A DNA stretch of 64,000 bases from NCBI GenBank assembly GCA_046290465.1, contig JBKAGP010000001.1, forward strand, positions 3,808,001 to 3,872,000. The letters are read 5' to 3'. Below the pieces are notes generated by a model. That model saw only the letters and a program-made list of their open reading frames with translations, was not told the DNA's origin and did no database searches. Shown here piece by piece: positions 18,064 through 28,696 of the stretch (its first letter is position 1; each line of letters starts with the position of its first letter). Position numbers and translations under genes: made by a program. The DNA is from Planctomycetota bacterium. Its GTDB lineage: Bacteria; Planctomycetota; UBA1135; UBA2386.

Positions 18064-18984
18064 TCAGTCGCCGAGCAGGAACGTCAGCTCGTGCTTGTTG
18101 TGGTGCAGGTGCAGCACCCGCGCACTGTCGATCTCGGCGAAGCCGCGCGCAGCCTCGTGCTCGCCCTCACCCTGGAACTTGATCGTGCAGACGAAGCGGC
18201 GCGCCATGCCGGCCTCCCGCCACCGCTGCACCAGCTCCAACAGCCGCGGCGGGTAGCAGATCACGTCGCTGAACAGCCAGTCGACCGGGCCGACTTCGCG
18301 CGGATCCAGACCGAACGCGCTCTCGGTGCGCACTTCGACGTTCGGCAGCGCGGCGACCGAAGCATCCATGTCGGCCTTGTCGACGGCGACCACGTCGGCG
18401 CCCAGGCGCGCCAGCGCCCAGGTCCAGCCGCCGGGCGCCGCACCCAGGTCGATGCATCGCTCCCCCGGTTGCGGCAGCGGACCGAACCGCAGCAATGCCT
18501 CCCACAGCTTGCGATAGGCGCGGCTCGGCGGCCCCGTCCGGTCCTCGACGAACTGCAGCTCACCGTTGCCGAACGGCGACGAGCAGCGCGCGCTGGCCAG
18601 CATCAGGTCGTGCTCCCACAACGTCCACGATCCCATCGGGGACGTCGGCACCTCGAACGGGAACTCCCGCGGCCTCGATCGCAGCGGCGGCAGCTTGTCG
18701 ACCAGCAGCGTCGCCCGCCGGTAGAAGTCGTCGCCGTAGAACGTCCAGTTGCGCTGCATCGAGCGCAGCCAGCGGGCGCCGTCGCCGATCGAGCCGATCC
18801 GCCGCCACTCCGGCTCCAGCCAGGTGTTGGCGGCCCACCACGAGGCCTCGTCGCACGGCTCGGCGGCGAGCACCAGCCGCCCGCGCACGGCGAGCACCCG
18901 GTCGCCGAGCGCGTCGACGATCGGCGCGACCAGCCCTTCGGGCGCGAGGTAGGCGACGGCGACGGGGGACGGTTCGGCGGACAC
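18064..18984 (-). CDS. FtsJ/RlmM-like SAM-dependent rRNA 2'-O-methyltransferase
   Basis: PSRAYRKLWEAL, IDLGAAPGGWT, FSDVICYP, TIKF, HNKHELT (K-D-K-E tetrad). GTG 18984 supported by TACGCT 7 nt upstream. Confidence 0.85.
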   Translation of the reverse strand: MSAEPSPVAVAYLAPEGLVAPIVDALGDRVLAVRGRLVLAAEPCDEASWWAANTWLEPEWRRIGSIGDGARWLRSMQRNWTFYGDDFYRRATLLVDKLPPLRSRPREFPFEVPTSPMGSWTLWEHDLMLASARCSSPFGNGELQFVEDRTGPPSRAYRKLWEALLRFGPLPQPGERCIDLGAAPGGWTWALARLGADVVAVDKADMDASVAALPNVEVRTESAFGLDPREVGPVDWLFSDVICYPPRLLELVQRWREAGMARRFVCTIKFQGEGEHEAARGFAEIDSARVLHLHHNKHELTFLLGD

Positions 18985-19163
18985 GGCCGGCAGCGTAGCC
19001 GGCCACGGCACCGCCCGCGACACACCCATGCCGCCGGCCGGTCGCCCCGGTCGACGCCCCCGATCGACACCCCCGGTCGACACCCCCGGTCGCCCGCCCG
19101 CGGCCACCAACCCGCCCGAAGGACCGGGGGCGGCCCGTGTCGACGCGGTATCCTTGCGACGCG

Positions 19164-22100
19164 ATGGTGGCCGATCCAGCACAGCCCGACGACGCCCCGA
19201 CCGAGGATCCGGTCGAGAAGCTGCTGTTCGAATGCCTCGAGTCGAACGATCCGGAGGCCGCGATCGAAGCTGCTGCGGCCGACCACCCGTCGCTCGCCGA
19301 CGAACTGCGCCGCGCCTACGCCGAGATGGCGCACTTCGACCTGATCGGCGACGCGACCGCGCCGCGCAGCTCACCCGAACAGGTCCCCGAGAAGCTCGGG
19401 GAGTACCGCCTGCTCGAGCGCCTCGGCGCCGGCGGCATGGGCGTCGTCTACCTGGCGCGCGACGACGTGCTGCAGCGCACCGTGGCGCTCAAGCTGATCC
19501 GCCCCGAGCACCTCTACCTGCCGGGCGCGCGCGAACGCTTCCAGCGCGAGGTCGAGACCATCGCGCGCCTGCAGCACGCCGGCATCGTGCCGATCTACGG
19601 CGTCGGCAAGGCCGATGGCATGCCGTACTTCACGATGCAGCACATCGGCGGCTGCTCGCTGTCGCAGGCCCTCACCGAACTGCAGCAGCAGGAGACGGCG
19701 CCGGACGGCCGCGCGCTGACGCGCGTGGCGGCGGCCGGCTCGGAGCGCGTCGATGCGCACGGCAGCGGTTCCCCGTCGGGCACGAGGTCGGGATCCAGGT
19801 CCGGCTCCAACTCCGGCAGCGGCAGCAGCACGCACGGCATCGACGGCCTCTCGTGGCCCGACACGTGCGTCGCGATCGCGACCGAGATCGCCGCGGCGCT
19901 GCACCATGCGCACGAACGCGGCGTGCTGCACCGCGACGTCAAGCCGTCCAACATCCTGCTGTCGGCGGACTGCCGACCGATGATCGTCGACTTCGGCCTG
20001 GCGTGGGCCGACGACACCGACCAGCGCCTGACGCGCTCGACCAGCCAGCTCGGTTCGCTGCCGTACCTGCCGCCGGAACACATCACCGGCGACACCCCCG
20101 ATCCCAACCGCGCGACCGACGTCTACTCGCTCGGCGTGACGCTCTACGAGATGTTGACGCTGCGCAACCCGTTCCTCGGCAAGAACGGCGAGGAGACGCG
20201 GCGCAACATCCTCGGCGCCCGCGCCCTGCGCCTGCGTCGCGAACAGCGCGGCGTGTCGTGGGAGCTCGAGACCGTCTGCATGAAGGCGCTCGATCCGGAC
20301 CCGAGCAAGCGCTACCGGACGATGCTCGACTTCCAGCGCGACCTCGAGCGGGTGCGGAACCGCCAGACGATCGAGGCGCGGCGACCCGGGGTGCTGCGGC
20401 GCACGCGGCGGTGGACGCAACGACACCCGACGGTGATGGTCGCGTTCGCGGTGGCGCTGCTCGTGTCGATCGTCGCGCTGGTCGCGTTCGGCGTGCAGCA
20501 GCGCGACCAGCGGGTCCAGTCGGACAACCTGCGCGAGACCGCCGAGATCGAGCGCTACAGCGCCCTGGTCTCGAGCGCCGACGTCGAGATGCGCGCGAGC
20601 GGCCGGCCGGCACGCGCCCGCCTGCAGCTGTCGCAGTGCCGCGAACAGGACCGCGGCTGGGAGTGGCTGCAGCTCGAATACGCGACCGACCAGAGCCGGT
20701 CGGTCAACAGCGAGCTCGCCGGGCCGGTGCAGGACCTGCTCTGGCATCCGGACGGCGACCGCTACGTCGCGTGCACGCAGGAGCGCGAACTGGTCTGCTA
20801 CACGCGCGACCAGCAGCAGGTCTGGCGACACCAGGGACAGCCGATCTCGTCGTTCGTGTTCCGCGCGGTCGACGGCGGCCACGAACTGATCGCCGGCATG
20901 CTGGGCGCGCTCATCGAGGTGCGCGACGCGGCGAACGGCGTGCGCACCGGCACCTACGAACGGCCCACCGACGCGCTCGCCGGCGAGCTGACGTCGCTGG
21001 CGATCACCGCCGACGGCAGCCGCGTGTTCTCGACCTGCTCCGATGGCAACGTCAGCGTCTGGGACGCGCGCGAACGGCGCTTCGTCGAGACCTTCGGCCA
21101 CCACGACGCGCAGGCGCACTGCCTGGCGTTGAGCAGCGACGGCAGCCGGCTCGCGACCGGCGGCTTCGACAACATGGTGCGGGTGTTCGACACAAAGACG
21201 CTCGAAGAGGTGGCGTCCTGGCGCATGGGCCGCTGGGTGCTGGACCTGTTCTTCTCGCCCGACGGCGCCTCGGTCTGCGCCACCGACGGCCTGTTCCTCT
21301 ACGCCAAGACGATCGCCGAGGCCGACGAGGCGCCGCGCGTGCTCGACCGCAACGCGCGCACCGTGCTGGCCAGCAAGATCAGCCCCGACGGCAAGTGGGT
21401 CGCGATCTCCGCGACGCGCCGCAAGCTGCAGATCTACCGGGTCGCGCAGCAGCAGCCGTTCCGCATCGAACGCTACGCGCAGCTGCTCGGCCACGAAGGA
21501 CTGCTGCAGCACCTCACCTTCGCGAGCGACAGCCGGCACCTGCTGAGCGGCAGCACCGACCAGACCGTGCGGATCTGGGACCCGATGCGCAGCGCCGAGA
21601 CCGGCGCGCGCCCCCACCGGCGGCTGGTCCAGGAGCTGGTGTTCGTCGGCGACGGCGCCTGCATCAGCGGCGACTCGATGGGCAACCTGTGCGCCACCGA
21701 CGACGACGGCCAGATCACGCGGCTCGAGGCGATCGAAGGCCAGGCCGCGCACGGCAACGCGGTGAGCGCGCTGCTGTACCGCGACGGGCAGCTGACCAGC
21801 ATCGACGAGGGCGGCCGCGTGATCCTCTGGCATCGCGCCGACGGCAGCTGGCAGCCGACGACGACGATCGAACTCGAGACCCAGGTGACCACGGCGCAGC
21901 GGCTCGACGACGGCCGGCTGGCGATGGCCACCGGCGACGGCCAGGTGGTCGTGCTGGGCGACGACCGTTCGGCGTGGCGGGCGCACGATGCGCACATCAC
22001 CTCGCTGGTCGTGCACGGCAACCGCGCCTGGACCGCCTGCGTCGACGGCCAGCTGAAGCGTTGGGACCTCGACACGGGCGCGCTCGATGCGACGGGACCG

Positions 22101-22535
22101 ACCCACCCGGAGTGGATCGCGTCGATGACGATCGCCCCGGACGGCTCGTGGATCGCGACCGGCTGCGCCGACACGATCATCCGGATCCTCGACGCAGAGA
22201 CGTTCGCGCTGCGCCACGAACTCGAGGGCCACGCCCGCGTGCCGATGGCGATGGTCACCGACACCGACGGCGCGCGGCTGATCTCGGGCGGCGGCTTCGA
22301 CGCCGAACTGCGCTTCTGGACGCCGGACACCGGCCGCTGCCTCGTCAGCCAGGGCCGCCCCGACGCGGTGCTGTCGCTCGCGTTCGACCCCGAGACGCTG
22401 TCGCTGGCCCTCGGCGGCCGCGTCGGCCACGTGCGCCGGCTGCGCACGCGCCCCGGCGGACCGCGCAGCTACGTTCGCCGCGCGACTCCGGTCGATCGCA
22501 TCACGTCACCGCCCGGCCAGCCCAGCCACCGCTGA
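19164..22535 (+). CDS. Ser/Thr protein kinase with TM helix and WD40 repeats
   Basis: LGAGGMGVVY, VALK, HRDVKPSN, DFGLA, GSLPYLPPE, DVYSLG; GWEW linker; GH...WD repeats. Confidence 0.93.
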   Translation: MVADPAQPDDAPTEDPVEKLLFECLESNDPEAAIEAAAADHPSLADELRRAYAEMAHFDLIGDATAPRSSPEQVPEKLGEYRLLERLGAGGMGVVYLARDDVLQRTVALKLIRPEHLYLPGARERFQREVETIARLQHAGIVPIYGVGKADGMPYFTMQHIGGCSLSQALTELQQQETAPDGRALTRVAAAGSERVDAHGSGSPSGTRSGSRSGSNSGSGSSTHGIDGLSWPDTCVAIATEIAAALHHAHERGVLHRDVKPSNILLSADCRPMIVDFGLAWADDTDQRLTRSTSQLGSLPYLPPEHITGDTPDPNRATDVYSLGVTLYEMLTLRNPFLGKNGEETRRNILGARALRLRREQRGVSWELETVCMKALDPDPSKRYRTMLDFQRDLERVRNRQTIEARRPGVLRRTRRWTQRHPTVMVAFAVALLVSIVALVAFGVQQRDQRVQSDNLRETAEIERYSALVSSADVEMRASGRPARARLQLSQCREQDRGWEWLQLEYATDQSRSVNSELAGPVQDLLWHPDGDRYVACTQERELVCYTRDQQQVWRHQGQPISSFVFRAVDGGHELIAGMLGALIEVRDAANGVRTGTYERPTDALAGELTSLAITADGSRVFSTCSDGNVSVWDARERRFVETFGHHDAQAHCLALSSDGSRLATGGFDNMVRVFDTKTLEEVASWRMGRWVLDLFFSPDGASVCATDGLFLYAKTIAEADEAPRVLDRNARTVLASKISPDGKWVAISATRRKLQIYRVAQQQPFRIERYAQLLGHEGLLQHLTFASDSRHLLSGSTDQTVRIWDPMRSAETGARPHRRLVQELVFVGDGACISGDSMGNLCATDDDGQITRLEAIEGQAAHGNAVSALLYRDGQLTSIDEGGRVILWHRADGSWQPTTTIELETQVTTAQRLDDGRLAMATGDGQVVVLGDDRSAWRAHDAHITSLVVHGNRAWTACVDGQLKRWDLDTGALDATGPTHPEWIASMTIAPDGSWIATGCADTIIRILDAETFALRHELEGHARVPMAMVTDTDGARLISGGGFDAELRFWTPDTGRCLVSQGRPDAVLSLAFDPETLSLALGGRVGHVRRLRTRPGGPRSYVRRATPVDRITSPPGQPSHR

Positions 22536-22536
22536 G

Positions 22537-23145
22537 TCAGCGCCCCTCGGGCACGAACGGCAGCGTCGGCGGCCGTTCGACGTGGTCGTCGCCGAACACG
22601 TCGATCAGCAGCAGGCCGAGCGCGAAGTCGACGAACTCGGCGACGTTGAAGCCGACGTGCGCGTGCACGAACACCGGCGTCAACCCGAGTTCGACGCCGA
22701 ACAGGTCGACGACCTTCTGCTCCGGCGTCAGTGCGAACGGCGCGCTGTCGTCGAGGTCGAACACGTCGCTGAGCAGGATCCACGAGCTGACGTCGTCGAA
22801 TCCCTGCGGATCCTCGACGTGGTTGCCGGTCGTGCTCGTCGCGAGGAAGCGCGACCACGACTGGCCGTAGCCGAGCGGGCCGAGCGTCGTGAACGGAATG
22901 CCGTAGCCGTGGTTGGTCAGCGTGTAGCCCGGCCGCTGCCACCACGTGTCCTTGCCGACGCCCCACTCGGCATACCAGCCGCCGACGTTGACCGCGAGCG
23001 GCCCGACCTTGGCGTCGACGTTGGCGCCGAGCGCGCTCTGGTGCCAACGCCAGACGAAGCAGTCGCCGAGATCGGTCAGCCTCTGGTCGACGTACGTGCA
23101 CGCCGCGAACGGCAGCAACAACAGCATCTGGGCAACGCGGCGCAT
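22537..23145 (-). CDS. Hypothetical lipoprotein
   Basis: MRRVAQMLLLLPFAAC lipobox; RLTDLGDCF...GFNVAEFVDFALG...DVFGDD. Confidence 0.72.
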   Translation of the reverse strand: MRRVAQMLLLLPFAACTYVDQRLTDLGDCFVWRWHQSALGANVDAKVGPLAVNVGGWYAEWGVGKDTWWQRPGYTLTNHGYGIPFTTLGPLGYGQSWSRFLATSTTGNHVEDPQGFDDVSSWILLSDVFDLDDSAPFALTPEQKVVDLFGVELGLTPVFVHAHVGFNVAEFVDFALGLLLIDVFGDDHVERPPTLPFVPEGR

Positions 23146-23299
23146 GGCGGCCCGCAGTTCTAACCCGCTTCGCGCGTCGACGGTGCGCTCGAGTGCGTCG
23201 GAAATCGTGACCGGGCGCGGCAGAGCTTGCCGCGCACGGGGCAGCCGCGCTCGCGACGCGCCCTTTGCAAGCGAACGGACCGCCCGCAGAATGCCCTGC

Positions 23300-24211
23300 A
23301 TGATCGACGTGCTGGACCGCCTGCGCGACCGCGCCCGCAGCCGCAGGGCGCGCATCGTGCTGCCCGAGACCGACGACGAACGCGCCGTCGCCGCGCGACA
23401 GCGCATCGAGAGAGACGGCCTCGGCGAGGTCGTGTGGGTCGAATCCCCGCGCGACGACGCGCGTTTCGACGAGGTCGCCGCGCTGGTGCACGAGCGACGC
23501 CGGCACAAGGGGATCGACGAACAGCAGGCGCGCGACCTGGCGGCGCAGCCGCTGGTGTTCGGGGCCGGCCTGTGCGCGCTCGACCACGCCGACTGCGGCG
23601 TCAGCGGCGCCGCGCACTCGACCGCCGACGTGATCCGCGCCGGCCTGTTCTGCCTCGGCACGGCGCCGTCGATCCCGCTGGTCTCGTCGATGTTCCTGAT
23701 GGTGCGCGGCGACGAGGTGCTGTCCTACGCGGACTGCGGCGTGATCCCGGACCCGGACCCGGGACAACTCGTGCACATCGCCAACGCGACCGCGCACAAC
23801 CACCGGCTGTTCACCGACGACGAGCCGCGCGTGGCGTTCTTGTCGTTCAGCACGCACGGCAGCGCCGAGCACGACAAGGTCACCAAGGTGCGCGCGGCGT
23901 GCGCCGCGTTCCGCGAGGCGCACCCGGACGTGCTGGCCGACGGCGAACTGCAGTTCGACGCCGCCTACGTGCCGTCGGTGGCGCAGCGCAAGTGCCCGGA
24001 CAGCCCGATCGAGGGCCGCGCCAACGTGCTGGTGTTCCCCGACCTCGACGCCGGCAACCTCGCCTACAAGCTGACCCAGCGGCTGGGCGGCTTCGACGCC
24101 TACGGCCCGCTGCTGCAGGGCCTGCGCAAGCCGTGGCTGGACCTCTCGCGCGGCTGCACGGCCGACGACGTCGTCGGGGTCGCCGTGATCGCCAGCGCGA
24201 TGCTCGGCTGA
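23300..24211 (+). CDS. pta: Phosphate acetyltransferase (PTA_PTB family)
   Basis: IVLPETDDER, SGAAHSTAD, ADCGVIPDP, VAFLSFSTHGSA, DGELQFDAA, NVLVFPDLDAGNLAYK, DLSRGC. Confidence 0.92.
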   Translation: MIDVLDRLRDRARSRRARIVLPETDDERAVAARQRIERDGLGEVVWVESPRDDARFDEVAALVHERRRHKGIDEQQARDLAAQPLVFGAGLCALDHADCGVSGAAHSTADVIRAGLFCLGTAPSIPLVSSMFLMVRGDEVLSYADCGVIPDPDPGQLVHIANATAHNHRLFTDDEPRVAFLSFSTHGSAEHDKVTKVRAACAAFREAHPDVLADGELQFDAAYVPSVAQRKCPDSPIEGRANVLVFPDLDAGNLAYKLTQRLGGFDAYGPLLQGLRKPWLDLSRGCTADDVVGVAVIASAMLG

Positions 24212-24320
24212 GCCCGACCGCCCCTGGCGAGACGATCGCAGGTCGCCGATCGGGAGCATTGCCGCACCAGCCCGCTTGCGCCGGCGCATCGGGCGGCGGA
24301 GACTCGCGCTGGGAGCTGCC

Positions 24321-25355
24321 ATGAACCGGATCCGAGTCGCCGTTCTTCTTTCCCTGCTGGTCTGCCTCGGCGGATGCCTCGAACTCGACGGCCAGGACGT
24401 CTACCTGCGCTTCGACGTCGACAACGACCGCATCGACGCGATGTTCATCCACCGCGGCGTGTTCGCCGAGGGTGGCAACGGCAGCGGCAGCGACCCGATC
24501 GCCAAGGCGATCAAGGACCTCGACGAGGCCAGCCAGACCGGCGAGTTCGTGTTCTGGAACAACTGGCCGATGTCGTGCAACCCGAGCCGCGACTACGACG
24601 CGCCGCGCAACGCGCTGCTGAAGCACATCGACGTCGAGAACGGCGGCCTGTTCACCGATCCCAAGGGCGAGCTTTGCGCCTACCAGTTCGTGCGGATCAA
24701 CAAGGCGAAGTCGTTCGTCAAGAAGCTCAACACGCTGCTCGAACTCGCGGTGCAGGCGACCGGCGGCATCAAGCCGCTCGGCAACCACCAGCTCGACGAC
24801 GAGTCGAAGGACAACATCCGCGAGTTCCTGCGCAGCCGCGAGAAGATGCTGACGATCGAGGACGGCCGCATCGAGCTGCGCCTGCCGTTCTCGCCGAAGG
24901 ACCACCGGTGGTTCAAGAAGGCGATCGAGGACCACTTCCTCGACAACATGCCCAACGAGATCACGCGCCGCGAAGCGGTCGCGCAGCGCCGCAAGAACGG
25001 CGGCGTCGTCACCGACACGACGCTCAGCAACGAGACGGTCGCGATCGACGGGGTCGACATGCGCAAGGCGATCGAGCGCGCGCCGAGCTACCGGTTCTTC
25101 TGGGACAACGACATCTCGATCCAACGCACGCTGGAGCTGACCACGATCGGCATCGGCGTCACCGGCGCCGACGAACTGCACGTGCACAAGGCCCGCTCGG
25201 GCCTCTACAACGACGCACTGCTGAAGAAGCTCAACGGCAACGAGGATCACAAGATCGAGAGCGGCCTGCCCGACCAGGAGCTGATGCGCCGCTTCGACGC
25301 GTTCGGCACCCGCGACGCGAAGCTGCCCGAACTGCTGGCGAAGAAGCGCGCCTAG
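24321..25355 (+). CDS. Hypothetical lipoprotein
   Basis: GGGAG upstream; MNRIRVAVLLSLLVCLGGC lipobox; typical coding bias. Confidence 0.78.
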   Translation: MNRIRVAVLLSLLVCLGGCLELDGQDVYLRFDVDNDRIDAMFIHRGVFAEGGNGSGSDPIAKAIKDLDEASQTGEFVFWNNWPMSCNPSRDYDAPRNALLKHIDVENGGLFTDPKGELCAYQFVRINKAKSFVKKLNTLLELAVQATGGIKPLGNHQLDDESKDNIREFLRSREKMLTIEDGRIELRLPFSPKDHRWFKKAIEDHFLDNMPNEITRREAVAQRRKNGGVVTDTTLSNETVAIDGVDMRKAIERAPSYRFFWDNDISIQRTLELTTIGIGVTGADELHVHKARSGLYNDALLKKLNGNEDHKIESGLPDQELMRRFDAFGTRDAKLPELLAKKRA

Positions 25356-25394
25356 CACAGCCTGGCCGCACGGCCCGGATCGCTGCCGCGGGCC

Positions 25395-28300
25395 TCACAG
25401 GCCGACGCCCCAGACCATCACGAAGCACTCGGCGCCGGACAGCGAGCTGAGCCCGATCAGCCGTTCACCGCCGTGCACGAACGCCAGTCGCGCGACCGCC
25501 TTGGGCGCGTCGGACAGCGACAGCAGTTCGACCCCGTCGCGACTGATCAGGTGCACGATCGCGCGATCGTCGCTGGCGGCGATCCGCCCCTCGCCCGGCT
25601 CGATCGCCAACGCCGAGTAGGGCGCCCGGTCGAGCAGCGTCGTCGACGCGGCCGCCCCGGCCGGCTGCCACGCGATCCGCTCGCGCTCGCTGCGCACCAG
25701 CTCGCCGCCACGCAGCGCGAACGCGGTCACGTCGGCGGCAGCCTCGCGGCGGCCGACCCGCCCGGTCTCGGGCTCGATCCAGCGCAGCTCGTCGGCGCCC
25801 ACTCCACAGACGAAGCAGCCGCTCGCCCGGTCCCAGCGGACCCGTTCGCCGACGCCCTGGTCGAGCCGATGGCGCAGCTTCATGTCGGGCAGGCTCCAGA
25901 TCCGGGCGCCGCCCGCACCCCAGGTCGTGCCGAGCAACCAGCGGCCGTCGTGCGACACCTCGAGGTGCGCGATCGGGCGACCGGGGCGATCGCCATGGCG
26001 GACCTCTCCCGTCGTCCGGTCGATGGCCATCAGGGCGTGGCCCGCGACGAAGACCTCGCCGCCGGTCACCGCGCACCCCATCAACCACGCGGCCTTGTCC
26101 CCGTCGACCAAGTCGCGCTCGAACTCGAGTTCGAGCGTGGCCGCGTTCCAGCACTTGACGTTGCCGCGCGAATTGCAGACCGCGAACGTGCTGCCGTCGG
26201 CAGCGACGCCGAGGTCGGTCACGTTGAAGCCCGCCGGCAGCGCCACCGCGCGGCGCCGCGGCGTGGTCGACCAGACGCTGGTCGAACGCTCGGAGGTGCA
26301 CGCGAGCAGCTTCCCGTCGGGGCTCAGCTCCAACGCCTCGCACGGACCGTCCAGGCCGTGGAACCGGCCGTGCAGCTCCAACGTCTCGGCCGACCAGGCC
26401 AGCACGCTGGTGCCGGGCGCACCCGCGCCGAACAGCACCCGGCGATCGTCGGACAGCCGCAGGGCGTTGAGTTCGAAGCCGACGTGCACGCGCTGCCGCA
26501 GCCGCATCGTGCTGAGGTCGACGCGGTGCAGCTTCGGGCCGCCGCCGACGAACACCGCGTCGCGCGGCTCGTCGACGGCGAGGGTCTTGGCCCCCTCCTT
26601 GTCGAGCGCGACCTCGGCGACCAGCGCGCCGTCGCGCACCCGCCGCCGCTGCAGGCGGCCGTCGGCGAGCGCCAACAGCAGTTCTTCGCCATCGGCGACG
26701 AACTCCATGCGCCATGCGAACTGCTCGCCCGGGACGTTGCACAGGCGACGCGGCGGCTGGCGGCCGAAGATGTCGAGCAGGGTCACGTCGCCGACGTTCT
26801 GCGAGATCGCCAGCACCCGTTCGTCCGGCGACAGCGCCAGCGAGCGGATGTCGAGCAGGCGGCCGCGGGCGCCGCGCGGAGCCACGTCGTGCAGCGTGCG
26901 CCGCAGGCCGATCACCGTGTCGATCATCGTGACCCGCGAGTAGTTGTCGGTGACCGCGAACGCGCGCCGCCGATCCCGACTGTGCACGAACTGGGTGACG
27001 TGGCCGGCGAACTTCAGCAGGCGCGTGTGCTCGCTCGGATCCGACGGGTCCCAGCGCGCGACGTTGGCGTCGTAGTAGACCTGGCAGAGCTGGTCGTCGT
27101 CGAGCCACAGCAGGCCGCCGATCTCCTGGTCGACGACGCTCGGCAACCTCGCGATCGACGTGTCGCAGAGGCTCGCCAGGTAGCGCCACTCCCAGCCGCG
27201 CAGCGGCGGCGCCGCCGCGTCGAGGTGCCGCTGGGCCGACGCGACGTCCCCGGTCTCGATCGCCGCCTGCGCCGCAGCCATATGGGCCGCGTATTCGTTG
27301 CGAGTCGCCAGCTCGCGACGCTGCTCGGCGACGTCGTTGGCGAGCGACACCTGCCGCAGCGACCACCACAGCCCGGCCACCCCGACACCGACGCCGAGCA
27401 GCACGGTCAGGGTCAGCGCAACCGCGACGCGATGCCGGTCGACGAACCGTCGCAGCAGGTAGAGGACCTCGGGTTCCCGCGCGCTGACCGGTTCGCGGCG
27501 GCGGTAGCGTTCGACGTCGGCGATCAAGTCCCCGACGGCGCCGTAGCGCTGCTCGGGACTCCGGGCCAGCGACTTGCGCACGATCCACTCGAGGTCACCG
27601 GTCAACGCCCGCTGCAGCGCCGCCGCGCTCGAGGCCCGCCGCGCCGCGATCGCCTCGCCCGCCGCCTCGGCATCGCGCAACGCCGTGCTGAGCCGGCGCG
27701 GCTCCTCCTGCTGGACCAACCTCGCGAGCTCGCCGAGGCCGACCTCGCACAGCCGCGTGCGCGCGAACGGCAGGTCGCCGCTGAGCAGTTCGTAGAGCAG
27801 CGCGCCGAGCGCGTAGACGTCGGCGCGCGTGTCGACCGGTTCGCCGGCGGCCTGTTCGGGGCTCATGTAGCCCGGCGTGCCGATCATCGCGCCGTCGCGC
27901 GTGACCAGCGACTTGCCGTCGGCGTCCTCGAGCACCTTGGCGACGCCAAAGTCGATGACCTTCGGGGTCGGCTCGCCGTCCTCGAGCTTGACCATCACGT
28001 TGTTGGGCGTCAGGTCGCGGTGCACCACGCCGCGCTGGTGGGCGTGCTGCACGGCGGCGCAGACCTTGAGGAACAGCGCGACGCGGTCGTCGAGCGACAG
28101 CCGGAAGCGGTCGCACCACGCCGTGATCGGCTCGCCGTCGACGAACTCCATCGCGAAGTAGTGCAGGCCCTCGTCGGTGCTGCCGGCGTCGAAGATCTGC
28201 GCGATGAACGGGTGCTGCATGCGCGCCAGCACCTGACGTTCGGCCTGGAAGCGCCACTTCGAACGTTCGTCGAGCCGCAGCGGGTGCAGCACCTTGAGCG

Positions 28301-28643
28301 CGACGACGCGCCGCACCGGTTCGTGCTGCAGCGCGCGGTAGACGGTGCCGAAGCCGCCCTCGCCGAGCAGCGACTCGACCCGGTAGTCGCCGACCCGTTC
28401 GGGCAGCGGCGTCTCCGCGAGCGGATCGCGCACCCGCTCGAGCATGCGGTCGCCGGTCTGCATCATGTCGACGCGGGCGCGGATCGCCGCGCGGCTGTCC
28501 GGACGCCGATCGCACAGCCCGGCCAAGAGCCGCGGCCGTTCGTCGGCGCCGCGATCGAGCAGGATCTCGTAGAGCTCGGTCTCGACGTCCTCCGGCAGCG
28601 GCGGCAGGTCGTCGGGCTCCTGGTCCGGTTGGTGCGAAGACAT
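25395..28643 (-). CDS. Ser/Thr protein kinase with TM helix and beta-propeller (WD40-like) sensor
   Basis: LGEGGFGTVY, VALK, HRDLTPNN, DFGVAK, GTPGYMSPEQ, DVYALG; RGWEWRYL linker. Confidence 0.93.
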   Translation of the reverse strand: MSSHQPDQEPDDLPPLPEDVETELYEILLDRGADERPRLLAGLCDRRPDSRAAIRARVDMMQTGDRMLERVRDPLAETPLPERVGDYRVESLLGEGGFGTVYRALQHEPVRRVVALKVLHPLRLDERSKWRFQAERQVLARMQHPFIAQIFDAGSTDEGLHYFAMEFVDGEPITAWCDRFRLSLDDRVALFLKVCAAVQHAHQRGVVHRDLTPNNVMVKLEDGEPTPKVIDFGVAKVLEDADGKSLVTRDGAMIGTPGYMSPEQAAGEPVDTRADVYALGALLYELLSGDLPFARTRLCEVGLGELARLVQQEEPRRLSTALRDAEAAGEAIAARRASSAAALQRALTGDLEWIVRKSLARSPEQRYGAVGDLIADVERYRRREPVSAREPEVLYLLRRFVDRHRVAVALTLTVLLGVGVGVAGLWWSLRQVSLANDVAEQRRELATRNEYAAHMAAAQAAIETGDVASAQRHLDAAAPPLRGWEWRYLASLCDTSIARLPSVVDQEIGGLLWLDDDQLCQVYYDANVARWDPSDPSEHTRLLKFAGHVTQFVHSRDRRRAFAVTDNYSRVTMIDTVIGLRRTLHDVAPRGARGRLLDIRSLALSPDERVLAISQNVGDVTLLDIFGRQPPRRLCNVPGEQFAWRMEFVADGEELLLALADGRLQRRRVRDGALVAEVALDKEGAKTLAVDEPRDAVFVGGGPKLHRVDLSTMRLRQRVHVGFELNALRLSDDRRVLFGAGAPGTSVLAWSAETLELHGRFHGLDGPCEALELSPDGKLLACTSERSTSVWSTTPRRRAVALPAGFNVTDLGVAADGSTFAVCNSRGNVKCWNAATLELEFERDLVDGDKAAWLMGCAVTGGEVFVAGHALMAIDRTTGEVRHGDRPGRPIAHLEVSHDGRWLLGTTWGAGGARIWSLPDMKLRHRLDQGVGERVRWDRASGCFVCGVGADELRWIEPETGRVGRREAAADVTAFALRGGELVRSERERIAWQPAGAAASTTLLDRAPYSALAIEPGEGRIAASDDRAIVHLISRDGVELLSLSDAPKAVARLAFVHGGERLIGLSSLSGAECFVMVWGVGL

Positions 28644-28696
28644 GGCGAAGGCGACGCGTTGGCCGAATGCTAGCCGGACGGCGTTAGGATGCGGGA

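Noticed and set aside
19028..28673. Long ORFs 19028..22870, 19371..22430, 25473..28673
   Set aside because: Off-frame or antisense shadows of the kinase genes, typical of high-GC DNA
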